Positions 40,596 to 54,464 of a DNA stretch of 64,000 bases are shown here, in pieces. The position numbers were made by a program, and so were the translations under genes. The notes below the pieces were generated by a model. It did not search any database. It was not told the DNA's origin and worked only from the letters and a program-made list of their open reading frames with translations. The stretch is from Octopus bimaculoides (Eukaryota), in the NCBI RefSeq assembly GCF_001194135.2, contig NC_068981.1:98145080-98209079 (forward strand). Direction: 5' to 3'. Position 1 is the first letter of the stretch. Every line of letters begins with the position of its first letter.

Positions 40596-41957
40596 GATAA
40601 ATATTATAAGTTTAGAATAAAAAATATCATTAAAATACAAAAATTAAAAGTCTCGTTTTTGTATTACCTGGCTTTATTTAAAACAGAATACTATTTAAGC
40701 CTACAGTCTTTTGCCTAACCTAAAATAATTCCAGTTCATTTCTTGTTCATGGAACCCTGAAAACTAAAACATTTGGTTGCTTATTGTATCAATACAGAGA
40801 GACATATCATGACATCAACACACACACACTGTTATTCGCCAACAAACACACAGACATACATACTGTTCGAGAAAGAAAGGAACAAATCATCCCATTTTAA
40901 TCTACACTACCTTAAAGAAAGAAACAAACAAACAAACAAACAAGGAAAGAAAGGATGAAAGGAAGGAGAGAAACAAAGAAACAAAGGAAGAAAGAAACAA
41001 AGGAAGAAAGAAACAAACAAACAAAGAGATTGCTGTAGATATATTTTTCTCTTCCAAAAGACTTTCCTATAAATATTCATATTTTTCTTTTCTATTTACT
41101 ATTTCTAACAACTTGTTTTAATAAGAAATGTCAGCAGTTTTTCTTCTCAGGGGCTCTCTGAAAGGGTGGGTGTTTACTTTGTTAGAAATAGACATTTACT
41201 ACGTTTAAAAAAATAAATAAATAAATAAAGAGCAGGTTTTTGTTTTTATTTTTTGATAAGGAAAATGGAAGTGTTTTCATGGGCTATTATCAAAATACTT
41301 TGCTATGTCATTCATCTAATAATACATAAGCTCAATGTCATGCTCAAGAAATAGCTTTCCTAGGAATAATGAGTTCACAATGACATGTTGTTTGCAATCA
41401 ACTATCTTGGTACATTATCTCTACAGATATCCATGCACTTCACACTGGTCTTCACTAAACTTTACATCCTTGCCAGACCTGGGACAAATACAAATGCAAT
41501 GGAGAAGGCCATAATTTTGCAAAAGAAGTGTCTCATGTATTTATTGTTACTTGGAAACAGGTGAGGGTTGGCAAGAGGAAGGGCATCCAGTTGTAGAAAA
41601 GCTATCACAACAAATCTCATTTGAGCCATGCAAGCATGGAGAAGTGGGCATTGATTATGATGATGATGATGATCTAAGCTCCATAAAATTATCCAGCATG
41701 TACTATTTTATGATTCCTCTTAGCAAATGAAACATGTGTAATGGTGGATGATACTGAAAAATTTTTCCAGATTCCTGTTTTGCTACATAATAAACTCTGG
41801 AAACAATATTTCCATAATTTTCATCTTTAATATGTATCTCACATCAATACAACAATGATAATAACTACATACTGGATTGTAATACCAGATTAAGCAGATG
41901 TGCTTCAAGAGGATACAGCTTGGATTTTTTTTCCCTACCTAGTGAGTGTATACATAT

Positions 41958-42008
<51 letters not shown>

Positions 42009-42499
42009 CCTAGGTTATCATGGCCTCCTTTCCCAACGGGGTTATTGAAATGTCAGTAATATTTTAAAAAATGAAATAAAAAAAGCAATGTGTGTATTCA
42101 ATACAAATAATAAATACATTATGTTTGAAATATTAAATTTCCATGGAATTATAATGATTTTCATTCGACAAATTGACCACTAACAGTATTCTTTATTTCC
42201 TGAGAAATGCAACATATTCTTTTAGCATATTTTAGAATATATAAATTAGTACTATTTCAAAAATTTCATGATTATATTACTTGTGTAAATCTGTAATTAC
42301 ACAAATGTGTAATTGCTGTTACTAAAAAACTTCAATTCACATGAATTTATTGTCAGTAAAAAATGATATAATTTGTTATTTGATTCAATCTCTATACCAG
42401 CTGTGACAATAATATAGTATCAGATAATAATACTAATCTATTTATTACAATTTCAACCTCAAATTGTATTTTACTCTTTCTCTTTCCTTCAATATAAGC

Positions 42500-44115
42500 C
42501 CTTGGTTCCCAAACTTTTTCAAAATTTGCGTCCTACAGATCCCCACCCACTTTCTTGAGGCATCACAGACCCCCACCCCAAAATGAAAAAATCAGAGAAG
42601 ACAAACAAAGCAAAATGACCTTCTTATATAAAATAATTTTTCATGCGATAAAATTTTACTGGTAAAATAAAAAATTTCAATGAGAGGAGTGAACTTGTTT
42701 GGTCTGTAATATGTCCTCAATATTAGGCTGTGTTTTTGATAATGCGACCTTCATGTCATGCACAACATCTAGTTTATTGCTAGCTCTTGTTTTAATTGCA
42801 AGTAAAGTTGCAAAAGCTGTCTCACATTCGTACATTGTTGTGAATGGAACGATGAATTTGAAGGCCAATTTGGTGACATCTGGATAGGACTGCGTCATTT
42901 CAATCCAGAATTCACTGCAACACATGTTATGGAAGGCATTTTTTGCACCTCCATCATTCAACAAGTCGAACTGTTCTCGAATGACATAATCTTCTGATGG
43001 TCAACAACAGAGATTGCAAACAGAATGGTAATGAAATGATGAACTTTTTTGAAGTTTTGTATGTCGGAGAAGTATCTTTGAATTTCAGTGTGAAGAATTA
43101 AGACATGCTGTTACATTATGTCAAGGATGTCAACATCAACTCGATGGTCATCTTTATCAAGGAAAGTATTGAGGTTTGGAAATGGTGCAAAATTCTCACA
43201 TTCCAATTTAGAATGCCACAAATGGAGCTTCATTTTAAATGAAGTCATTTTTTTCATGACAGTGGACAACAGTGATGTTCTTTCCTTGTAGTGCTAAGTT
43301 AACAGAATTAACTGATTCAAAAATGTCAACCAAAAAGGAGAGACATATAAGGAACTGATTATTGGAGAATTGTCTGTGCAGTCCTTTTTTAGTACCATGA
43401 AGAAATTTGTGGATCTCCTTTCATGGAACGAAGACTCTTTTCAGTACTCTCCCCTTGGATAACCACCTCACATGTGAGTTCAGTAAAAGCATTTCAAAAT
43501 CGGAGCCATTGTCCTAGCACAAGTCAGCAAAAAGACGCGAGTTTAGAGAATTGGATTTTAATAAAATTTACCACTTTGACCACATCATTCAAAACATTCT
43601 TCATATGGTCAGGCATTGTTTTAACCATCAATTGCTTGGCGAGGAAGTGTACAATGCGTACCAAATGCATTAGGAGACTATTGTCTGAAAATCAGAGTGG
43701 CAACCAAGCATTGTTGGAGCACCATCAGTACACACACCAACAATGTACTCCCAGTTTATGCTATGCATGTTCAAGAATTGATCTACTTTCTGGAATATAT
43801 TGTTTGCAGTGGTTCGGGTTGAGGGTTTCGCAAAAAAGGAATTCATCTTCCAGGCACTTGTTATGCACAAAACATACATAAACACAAAGTTGTGCTAAAT
43901 CCACCGCATCAGTGGTTTCATCAATTGGGATGGTAACAGTTAAACATTGATGTTTTTATCTTTGAGATGACCTGAGACAAGATATTATCAGACAACTTAG
44001 CAATTCATCAACTGACAGTGTTGTTGGAAAGTGAAACATGTTTAAGCATCTTTTTACAAGAAAGGTAACCCTATCAGCCATCAATTACAAGTTAAAACAG
44101 AAATTTCCATCTTCA
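42500..44115 (-). mobile_element. hAT Buster/Charlie-family transposon, one end plus degenerate transposase
   Basis: IDETTD…LAQL, CTDGAPTMLG and C-terminal FW…YP…PFTTMYECETAF…IKT…NKLDV…SH. Terminus c(ct)tggttcccaaact preceded by a nnnTAnnn 8-mer (ataTAagc). Confidence 0.9.
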
Positions 44116-44641
44116 ACCTACTGCCTTCCTCTCTAACTCTGTTCTTCATTAAGTGGCCACAATCAAGATGAATTTCTTCACCCAAGGTATCTCAGTACTC
44201 CATTAGCTTCAGTAGGTCCTCAATTACATGATGCATTTCTGCCAATAATATTAATGTAGTTGAGTGTGCTTTCTCCTCTGCAAGGGTAAAAAGCCTCCAA
44301 GTCATAACATGTGATAAGGCTGGCTGTGTTCAGCATGCTAGAAGTGGCCAGCAAAGCCTACAATATATTGAGCAACAAAAGTGTGCATACAGTCAAGGAA
44401 ACCATGAAGTTCCTTCTTCATGGTCCAGGTTTCTGCTCATAGAGAAGAAGGCTCTCTACACATGCTCTGAAAAAGAACAGCCATGTTAACTTTGAAATAC
44501 CTGATTGCCAGATACTGTGAAGTTTATTACAGGTACTCCAAGCTTATACCTTGCAGACCAGCACTAACATAATGTTGTTCAAATAGTATGCCATATAATT
44601 ACATTAGACATTATAGGTGCAAATATAAAAATGGTTCACAC

Positions 44642-45110
44642 ATAGGTGCAGGTAGGGCTGTATGGTTAAGAAGTTTGCTTTCTCAACCACTTGGTTTCCT
44701 TCTCAGACCCATTGCATAACAGACTTTGAAGTGGATTTGGTAGACGAAAACTGGAAGAAAACAGCTGAATGTGTGTGTGACCTTTGGAGTGGATTTGGTA
44801 GGGGGGAACTGGAAGAAACCTGGAGAGAGAGAGAGAGAGATAGAGTGTGTGTGTGTGTGTGCGTATGTGAGTGTATATGCTCGTATCTCCTTGTCTTGAC
44901 ATCACATAATTGCTGTAAATGTCGTAGAAGCAATGTCATTCATTTTCAATATTCTGCAAAAAGATGTAAGGCTACAGGGAAATATTACCTTGCTTGGAAA
45001 CAGGTGAGAGGTACTAACAAGAAAAGCAGCTGGTTGAAGAAAATCTGCCTCAACAAATTCCATCCAACCAATGTGAACATGAAAAAGTGGATGTTAAAAC
45101 GACGATGATG
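44642..45110 (+). mobile_element. SINE with family-A head and RTE-type tail; similar copy at about 4410-4800; tail-only copies at about 41540-41670(+), 53530-53650(-), 61620-61830(-)
   Basis: Head gcaggtagggctgtatggttaagaag; tail ggaaacaggtgag…catggaaaagtggatgttaaaacgacgatgatga. Confidence 0.8.
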
Positions 45111-45129
45111 AATGGTGATATAATACAGA

Positions 45130-45580
45130 CGTTGAAAAACTGTGGTCAACAAAGAATATCCAAGCAATTAGTAGACAACAATTCCCTCTAAGGATGTTTG
45201 AAATCTAAAAACAATATGTAAGACAGATAACTCAATAAGATCAGTTGTTTGGACAATACAGAAAACTCAGAATGGAATAGATATGGTCTAGAGTAACAAA
45301 CATTAGTCTTGTCAGACAAGCAAGAACCACTAAAAAACTTCTTAACAATAAGCTAAGTTCATTTATTATATGATATGAGAAAACAAAGCCTTGAGTACTT
45401 GATGACACTTAGAAAACAAAAAGGAAGAAGAAGCTGGGGAAGGCAAAGAGAAAATATATTTGATGGCCTAACTAGCTGGCAATAGAAAGAGTCACCCAAT
45501 AACATGCTAAGTTGTGTGTAGGACTGGAGAAGGTGAAAGATTCTGGTCACTAACATGGCATATGGAAGAAGAAAAATCAA
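45130..45580 (+). mobile_element. Old RTE LINE 3' remnant
   Basis: LEYLMTLRK…GRRSWGRQRENIFDGLTSW. Confidence 0.6.
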
Positions 45581-45584
45581 TCAC

Positions 45585-45685
45585 CTGGTTTAACACCACC
45601 ACATGGTTCTTTGGGTGTTTTTAGCGGACAACTCTGTTGAAAACAGAAGGCCTTGAAAAGTACCATTGGTGCAGCTCTTCCTCTT
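45585..45685 (-). other. Candidate 101-nt exon, open frame RGRAAPMVLFKAFCFQQSCPLKTPKEPCGGVKP (phase 1 exit)
   Basis: Acceptor tatttttcttttatggcttgagcag| and donor cag|gtgatt; one fully open frame. Confidence 0.3.
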
Positions 45686-46974
45686 CTGCTCAAGCCATAA
45701 AAGAAAAATAAATAAATACAAGGAAAGACAGCTTAATCTATTGCCTTTAGCTTTGAGCTTTCTTCTACTGATTTAGTTGAAGCTTATAATATTTACAGCT
45801 CTAGTTAGTTAATGACAGTATTTTCATTCAGCTAATCTGGTGTAATAAAAACATATTCAGTTAATAATATGCTGATTATAATTTTTCTTAAGTAAGTTGT
45901 AAGCCACAAATTTTCCTTGTCTATTGTTTTTTGTTTTCCTCCACTGAAATGAATAAACTGAACAAATGTCAGCATTGTAACAAATAAAGAACATAATCCT
46001 TAAATTTCAACAAAACCATAACACTGATGCTCTCAGCCTTTAAAGATGGAACTTAAGATACTAATAACATTCATATCAAAATTTAATCAAAAAGGAATGT
46101 GCAAAAAACTCATTCTAGATAAAGAAATAATTACAAAAAGAACAAAGTTGTATATAAGCAGAAAACATTAAAATTAATTTAGTATCTAATCCCCAATACA
46201 ACCCCGAAACTAATTTCAAACATAATCCCTACTGCTAGTTGACAGTTTCTTGAAATTAAAGTATAGTGATTAAATCCATATTTGATGAATATAAGGGTAA
46301 GTTTTTATGCAAAACTAATTTTGTTAGCTCTCCAACATAAGCTATATGACATAAACAAATCACGGTGAACCAAGCTTCATATGAGTATATTTATATTTTA
46401 TAACAAATCTCAAAATAGGAGTAAATTATCTGTTCTTGTTTATTATCAATTTCTTATATAGGCTCAATCTCAGAAATTTAGTGGAGGGGAACAATCAATC
46501 ATATCAACCCCAGTACATGAACAAATAACATACTGGTACTTGATTATTTGATCGACTCCAGAAGAATCAAAGACAAGGTTAGCCTCAGCATGATTTACCA
46601 GGTTTTGTCAAGACCTCAGGTGTTCTCAATTCCCATACTGCTGATTTCCCCCACAAAATCAGGATGACAGCAGCTCATCTGGAAAACGATCCCCATGAGA
46701 TGGAGTGGCCATTACAGTGAATGTCGCTGGCCATTTTCCACAGCAATACCTTTGCAATTATGCTTGCAGGGCATATCTGAACACACCATTTGGACTGGGG
46801 AGTACAACCTGTAACTCACTCCCTCACCATCTTTTATTGCTTAATTCCCACATCTTGTTTTTTTCTTTTCCTTTGTTTCCTTGTTGAAGTCATTCTGGGG
46901 TCTGTTCTTGATAATTTAATCTTTTATACTTTTAATTCTTTTTTATTTATTTTCCTTTTCAAGGAAACTTGAAG

Positions 46975-47800
46975 GAGTCAATGAGAGCTCTACCAAAGAG
47001 GAATGTATCTGTCCTCATGCCTTTCAGCCTTGTCCACCAAACAACCTCTTTTGCCACAGCCACCAGGCAAAGGAAAACTGCCTTGCCTGCCTGATTGATG
47101 GAGAGTGGCAATGTGATCATCACTACAGACTCGGCCAACAGATGGATCTGTCCCCACATAACAGCAGCTGTTCAACATAACTCCACAAGTCAGCAATGCC
47201 CAGACACTGAACGAGGGCATGCAGAATGGTTTCATCACTCTGTGCGCACCTCAGACAAGGCCGTCTAACAGCATACCCGTATCTGTAGAGTTTATCTCAG
47301 ACTGGGAGTGCCCCTCTCCCACTGGTAACACTGCCAGACCAAGGACATCTGGAAATTATCCATGAAGTTCCCGACCAGAAAGTCCTCCAGAACAGACTAA
47401 CTAGCACCCAGAGTGTGCAACTCTTCTTCACTTCAAACAAAGTCACCATACTAGTCATCAGTCACTTTCAAAGATGACCAAGTTGGTTCTCATTTCTCTG
47501 ACAGACAAATATGGACTTATCTTTGTCACTGATATTTCAACAAATTTACAAGCTGGTGGTACTTCTCACTCCGTCCTCATTTTCTCTTTAACTGGTAATA
47601 AAAGTCAGTGAGGTCTTGGCCAAAGAGAAAATATGTTTTCAGTCTTCCCATTTTTGTCCACCACATGCACACAGTTTACCACAGAGAGAGGAAGATTGCC
47701 AGTTCTTTGTCAAAGAAAAGTAGTGTGGAGCAATGTCCACAATAGACCCAGCTCACGTTAGGCAACAGCTGTATGACATAACTCCACAAGTTAGCAATGA
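46975..47800 (-). mobile_element. Two tandem 3' fragments of a Tx1/L1-like LINE ORF2
   Basis: CLRCAQSDETILHALVQC zinc knuckle and LVAVAKEVVWWTRL in 46975-47400. A more diverged repeat of the same segment (IANLWSYV…WWTKMGRLKTYFLFG) lies in 47440-47800. Confidence 0.75.
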
Positions 47801-48880
47801 TTGTCATTGATGATTTATTGTGTTCAGTAAATGAAACCTAACCATGATGATAATTAGTTATTCAGTAAACAACATCCAGCTGAAAGGAATAGAGAAAAAA
47901 GACAACTGTATATTATCAATGTTGTAAAAGGAAACTATAAACGATGCTGTGCAAAATATGAACTTAAAAACAATGCATTAGGTACACTGGGGATTCCTGG
48001 AGTTTATGTACACAATCTGCACTGGAAGTTGTCAATGTTCTGACAATATTTAATCAATTCTTACAAGACAGCATAGTCAAAGTATCAGATTATAATCTCA
48101 AAACCAGTGGCAGTTAGTTAGTTGTGACTGTGAAGCCAAAGGATAAAATTATTTCTGTAACATTAGCTGCTGCCTAAGCACCATGTTTAAAACACAGTAT
48201 GTTACAGCACTGAATTCAGTCTTATAATCAAGGCTGTTGTGGCATGTAGCTGCACTTTCTTTAATTGCGATTAATGAAAATTGGAGCTGGATAGTAGAAT
48301 TGTATTGCTAACAAACTAGCATAAACTGGAGAATGAGAGAATAGTAAGAGGAAACAAAAAAGAATTATAAAAGAGAAAGAATTCAAAAAGAGAAAGGTTT
48401 GAAAAAAGACAGTTTGGAGGAGAAAGAGTTGGGAAATTGGAGGGGGGGGGGATAGAAGAGCTCAAAGTGAAATAATACAATACAGATGACAATCAGATGG
48501 AAAAAAATAATAATTTTGAAGAAATGGTTAATTAGCATCCATCAGAGAATGAAGCATTACCCACTATCCCAAGGGGGCCAAAAACCAAGGTGAAACAATA
48601 AGTACCATTTAAAGAATTCTGGATTCATACCTTCTGGAAAATATGATGCTGAAGATATATTGTCATGAAGTACAAAAGATAATTCTAGAATGTATACATG
48701 TTAAAACATTTGTGAACATGCACATACACACAGATACAAACATTCACAGACACACACACACATGCTTCCTGTTCACACAGATACCATTTATAATACATAT
48801 ACTCAAACACTGAAAGTAATCATGGTACATACTCAAAGGTATTCACAAACCATATATATAAATACACACCCATACACACA

Positions 48881-48934
<54 letters not shown>

Positions 48935-49480
48935 TACTTGGGTATACACACAACAATCAATACTTGTATGAGCACGTATGCCAAATAACACACAAAGATG
49001 CACATGCACAAACACACACACACCTTAAAGATAGTACAGACATTTATTCCCATGTAAGAGAATGGACATTGAGGACATTCATAAGAAGTTTAGTAACAAC
49101 GTGTGCATCAGGGCTGTCACTTTAAATCTTACGCAAACACAGATAATACCAAATGACACAACCGTGCCGACCATCACAAACACCTACAACGATCTGAATT
49201 TCATAAATAAATAAATACAAACAAATGATGATGATGATGATGATGATAGGCAAGTATAGACTTGTAAAGGAAAATCTGTATGTCAATAATTTAGGTGTAT
49301 AGTTATATGTTAGTGTATGTGGATGTACTCACATAGACAAATGTTTATATATTATTGTCATCATCATCATCAACATGTTTTCCATGTTGGCATGGGTTGG
49401 ACACACACACACTCAAACATATAACATACAACATACACACACACACACACGTGTGTGTGTGTCTCTATATATATATATAT

Positions 49481-49540
49481 ATATATATAATTTATATAAG
49501 GGCATTACTATAGTAATGCCCTTATATAAATTATATATAT
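49481..49540. repeat. Perfect spacer-less 60-bp AT-rich palindrome
   Basis: Centre between 49510 and 49511 (…gggcattacta|tagtaatgccc…). Confidence 0.95.
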
Positions 49541-49643
49541 TTATGNNNNNNNNNNNNNNNNNNNNNNNNNNNNNNNNNNNNNNNNNNNNNNNNNNNNNNN
49601 NNNNNNNNNNNNNNNNNNNNNNNNNNNNNNNTATATATATATG

Positions 49644-50207
49644 TACGAGGTCCAATCAGAATGTATCAGGACTGGTGCCGTAGAAAGAAAACTACAACAC
49701 ATATCAATTTGGCATTTAATCTCCTTCGAAGCAGCCCCTAGCTCTCTTCTGAAGTCACACACTTTATCCAGCATTGTCTCCATTGATGGAAACATTCCTG
49801 GAATTCGTCTTTTGGGATAGCAAGCAGCTGCCATGTTACATTCTCTTGGATATTCTTGACATCGTGAAATCTTGTCCCTTTCAACTGAGATTTGATTTTT
49901 GCCTTGGTTTCAGGGTCATAGCCATAGACCCATGATTTATCACCTGTTATGACCATTTTCAAAAAGTTTGTCTTCCTCAACACAATCAAGGACATCCTGT
50001 ATAGGTGAAACCCTATCTGCTTTTTGAATGACCACATTTACATGCTCTACTTCAAAATGCTGTTATAAACTATGGAAGAGAGGAAGAACATTATAACTTA
50101 GTGTGCATGCATGACAAAGTTCAAGGTCAATCTGTGCCAAGCAGCTACACTATGCATACTTTAGCTGTTACCATAACAGACCCAATACTTTATGACCAAA
50201 CTTCATA
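49644..50207 (-). mobile_element. Internally deleted non-autonomous mariner
   Basis: TA-flanked diverged TIRs (tacgaggtccaatcag… / …accaaacttcata). ORF joins ITGDKSWVYGYDPETK directly to KSQLKGTRFHDV…FQECFHQW…CFEGD. Confidence 0.85.
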
Positions 50208-52083
50208 AACATAAAAATACACATACACATAAAAATACATATATACATGCATACATACATATATATATACATACACACACACACACACACATATATATAT
50301 GCATATCACACGCACACACATATATACATACAAATGTGTATGTGTATACATATATAACATATATAAACCTTGTGAGTAGATTTGCTAGACAGTAACTGAA
50401 AGAAGTTCTCTGCACACGCGCGTACGTAAAAAACAGAATGGTACCAAAACTCTTTTAACTGATCATTAAACTCTTTGTCTTCTTATTCTGGTTATTTATA
50501 TGTATGAATATTACGTATACACTACATGCATATACATATATACATACACACATTTTTATGTGCACATACATATACATATACTAGCAAGATACTTGGCATT
50601 GTCCAGATTAAAAAGTAGCAATAAATGACCCAGAGTTGTTCTTAATAAGAACTTGTTTTAATAGAAAGCTACTGGACTCCTCTTGAAAAGTTATCTTTCA
50701 TGTAAGAAATGAAATTGTTTGCCAACACAATCTTCTACACTGTGTTGCAGATATGCACTCAATGATCTTAATACATTTTGTAATTTAATTATAGAAATGA
50801 CATGTGTCTAATTCAAGCATATTAAGTTAGAACACAGGATTAAATAAATATGAAAACATTTTTATTTCAGTTGAAACCTATTGAACATGATATAATTCTA
50901 ATTTATTCTTGAAATTATTTGAAAAATGAGGAGGAAGTGGGGTATTGAAAAGTAAACCACACATGGAAATAAAATCTTTCTTATCACACATGAAATCTGT
51001 GGTGCTCTGAGGAAACACACACATCTAAATATTACGGCTACAATACATGCTGTGATAAAGAAATGATATCATGGGATGCGATGATCTCCAGCCTCTATGC
51101 TGTTAGATCTGTTCACATGCCAGCCTAGGGGATTCTAAATATCTTTATGTTAGCCCCTCAGGATATACAATGTTTGTGGGTCTTTACTAACAGAGCATAA
51201 AACAGAGATTGTAGCACTGCCTACTCTTGAGCATCCTACAAAAAACTGGTTATTAGCAAGGCAGTATACCCCAAGACGCAATCCAGAATAGTAGTCTCAG
51301 TGACATATACCATAAGCTTTTCAACCATTTCCTTGTCGTTGCATAACCACAACTGATCTAAAGTTTGCAGCAACATTATTGGGGAATCTTTTGTTTTAAT
51401 GGAAGTCTACAGATATGACAGTTCTAATAACTGGCAATCCATCAGTTACAACAACGAGGGTTCCAGTTGATCCAATCGATGGAATAGCTAGTTCATGAAA
51501 TTAATGTGTAACTGGCTGAGCACTCCACAGACATGCATACACTTAACATAGTTCTCAGGGAGATTCAGTGTGACTCAGAATGTGGCAAAGCTGGCCCTTT
51601 GAGATACTTGCTCAAGGACACAACACGCTGCTGGGGATCGAACTCATGACCTTAAGAACATGAACTGATTACCCTAACCACTAAGCCACACATAGCACAG
51701 TGAACTATTTCTTCCACAACGAAAAAAAGTATATTGGTTTGTAGGTAGGACTTGAAATGACTAACAGCTACCTGTTGATGGTGTTGAAAATGATGTTATA
51801 TATTAACAAACACTTTCAATATCAATTTGCTTGTTGTCTTAACAACAGCACTAATAGAAGCTGGTGCATGGTGCCATTAATATCAAAAAGAAATTTTCTA
51901 TCTTTTAACAAGTTACTAGACTACCTGTGACCCATTGGGTCACCAGGAAAGTTTGAGTTTCCCAGCAACAGAGTTTTATTTTGTGGGGCTTTTTTTTTTT
52001 TTTCCTTTTCCGGGTTATTTCGCATGCTTTCAACAAATGTGACATCAAAATCACGTATAAACAGCTCCTATCCCCAGAAAAGG

Positions 52084-52203
52084 AAAGATTTGGCTGCTAT
52101 TTCCTGCATGCCTTGCTACTTACATAACGGCTATTTTAGGTCCTTCATCGCAAATAGCTGTTATGTGGTAGCAGGGCGTGCTAGAAATAGCAGCCAAATC
52201 TTT
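52084..52203. repeat. 120-nt imperfect hairpin
   Basis: Arms 52084-52136 and 52152-52203, 15-nt loop. Confidence 0.9.
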
Positions 52204-52739
52204 GGAGGTAAGATACGTTGAATGCACTCAAAAAAGAACCTATNNNNNNNNNNTATTTTTAAATATGTCAAAAAAAATTAAACATTAAAATATTGCCTGT
52301 TTAAAGAAAGCTAAAATATGAATACTTACTGTACAAACAACTTACATTTTTGAAATCACATTCACTAAAAATTATTTCTAAATGATAAAAATATTGTGTT
52401 TAACAAAAGCGAAAATAGCAACATTTACTGTAAAAAAACAAATCATATTTTTTCGTTGTCAAGTCACTGTATCTAATTGAAAGGTTAGAGTTTCTTCCCT
52501 TTCAGGATGAAGTTATATTCGGAACATTTTCCCATTAAGCACCGTTTTGGGTAATTATCAACCCCACATCCCTAGATATCTCAATTACTGCTTTAATTTA
52601 CACAAAACTTGTTTTATTCCATTTGTATTAACATTTCAGGGGCAACTTAATTCATAGTATTTTCCCATTATATGCCAGTTTGGCTGTGTAACATTGCAAG
52701 CAAGTAAGATTGAACTTCATTTTTATTGGTATATAAATT

Positions 52740-53400
52740 GGGCAAGATGACTAGTCAACTGATCTCTAAAAAGATTGGCCTCAATGCTTGTAGATGGTCT
52801 GAAAAATTTAACTTTGATACAAAATGATGACAATTTAAGGTTACATTGGATTTCATTGATTTTCTGTCCCTTTTGAGATCACAGTAAAGGTCTTGGAGAA
52901 ATCACCAAACAACATAACTGCCGCTCTTCCCATTTGAGCTCAACTGTCACTTAAGTCCTGCAATGTCATGCCTAAGGCTATTATGCATTCATCCCAGACT
53001 ATCATTTGGTAACTCTTGCAAACAGCTTCCTAACTTTTCCTGATTTTGGAGATAGGTGCATCATTTCTGTCAAAGTCTAAGGAGTTTAAAAGTAGAATAT
53101 GTTGTGTGTGTGTGTGTCCCCAGAAGGACTGTGACAGTAAAACCCTCACTCATTCCTGGGCGATAAGGTTTTTGCAAAAACAACTGCAATGGCTATGGCC
53201 TCATGTTAACAGATTTAAGCAAGGAATAGATTAACCAAGACTGTCTCCCCAGTTCCAACATGAACATCAAGGAAGCAAATTCCAGATCTTTATGCTGAAT
53301 CCTGCCATAAATAGTAGATCATACTGTCCTCTTTGACTTGGCTAATATGTGTTTCCACATTGTAATTGTTTCAACAAATTGCCCTGCAAAGCAACTATTT
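52740..53400 (-). mobile_element. Helitron PIF1-type helicase fossil
   Basis: Degenerate Walker A LDVHVGTGETVLVNLFLA…AIAV (about 53270), motif II QMIVWDEC (about 53000) and MLFGDFSKTFTVISKGT (about 52900), in correct order. Confidence 0.7.
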
Positions 53401-53690
53401 TGAAAGTATGTTGAGTAAAAATCAATTACTGAAAAAAAAAAAAAAAAAGGCAGGTGTTTTAAATATAAAACAATGCCTCAATAATACATCTTTGCTCAAC
53501 CTATGCTAGCATGGGAAAACAGATGAAATGAATGAACACATCATCATCAGAATTGTCAAATTAACACTCACTTTTCCATGTCTACATCAGCCAGGTAGAA
53601 TTTGTTGCGATATATTTGTACAGTTGCATGCCCTTCCTGTTGTCAACCTTCACCTTAATGGTAATTAAGGAGTAACCAACTAACATGCTC

Positions 53691-53736
<46 letters not shown>

Positions 53737-54464
53737 TTATCTTTTACTTGTTTCAGTCATTGGACTAGAGCCATGCTGGGACACTGCCTTAAAAGGTTCA
53801 GTTGAACAAATCTTCCCAGGAATGTTTTCAGGCTGTTCACTTTGTTTTTTAAAGTCTCGTATTTATTCTATCAGTTTCTTTCACTGAACCACTTAGTTAC
53901 ATGGAAGTAAATAAACCAACACCAGTTGTCAAGCAGTGGTTAGAGGTCAAACACAAATACACACACACACACGTATGTATGTATGTATGTATGTATGTAT
54001 ACATGATGGGTTCTTTCAGTTTCCATCTACTAAATCCACTCACAAGGTTTTGGCTGGCCTGAGGCTATAGTAGAAGACACTTGTACAAGTACCATGCAGT
54101 GGGTCTGAACCTGAAACAAAGTGGTTGGGAAGCAAGCTTCTTTACCACACAACCAAGACTGCACCTTCATGTATGTGTATACAAACACATACACATATGT
54201 ACACATGAGGCTTCTCTATTTTACTGGTTACCAAATTTTACTCAAAGGTGTGTGTATGTGTGTGGGGGAGGGGGGGGGCGCATCTGTGATTACATATACA
54301 CACTTCCATGCTTGCTGTCTCAGACTTTAACACAAACATATTCATACATATGCAGACACAGAAAATAAAAATAGAAAATCATGTATTGTACATCAGTGCA
54401 ACAACAGTGGTTATAACCAAACAATGTCAGCCAGATAATGCAAAGATATGGTAAAAGACGAAAG

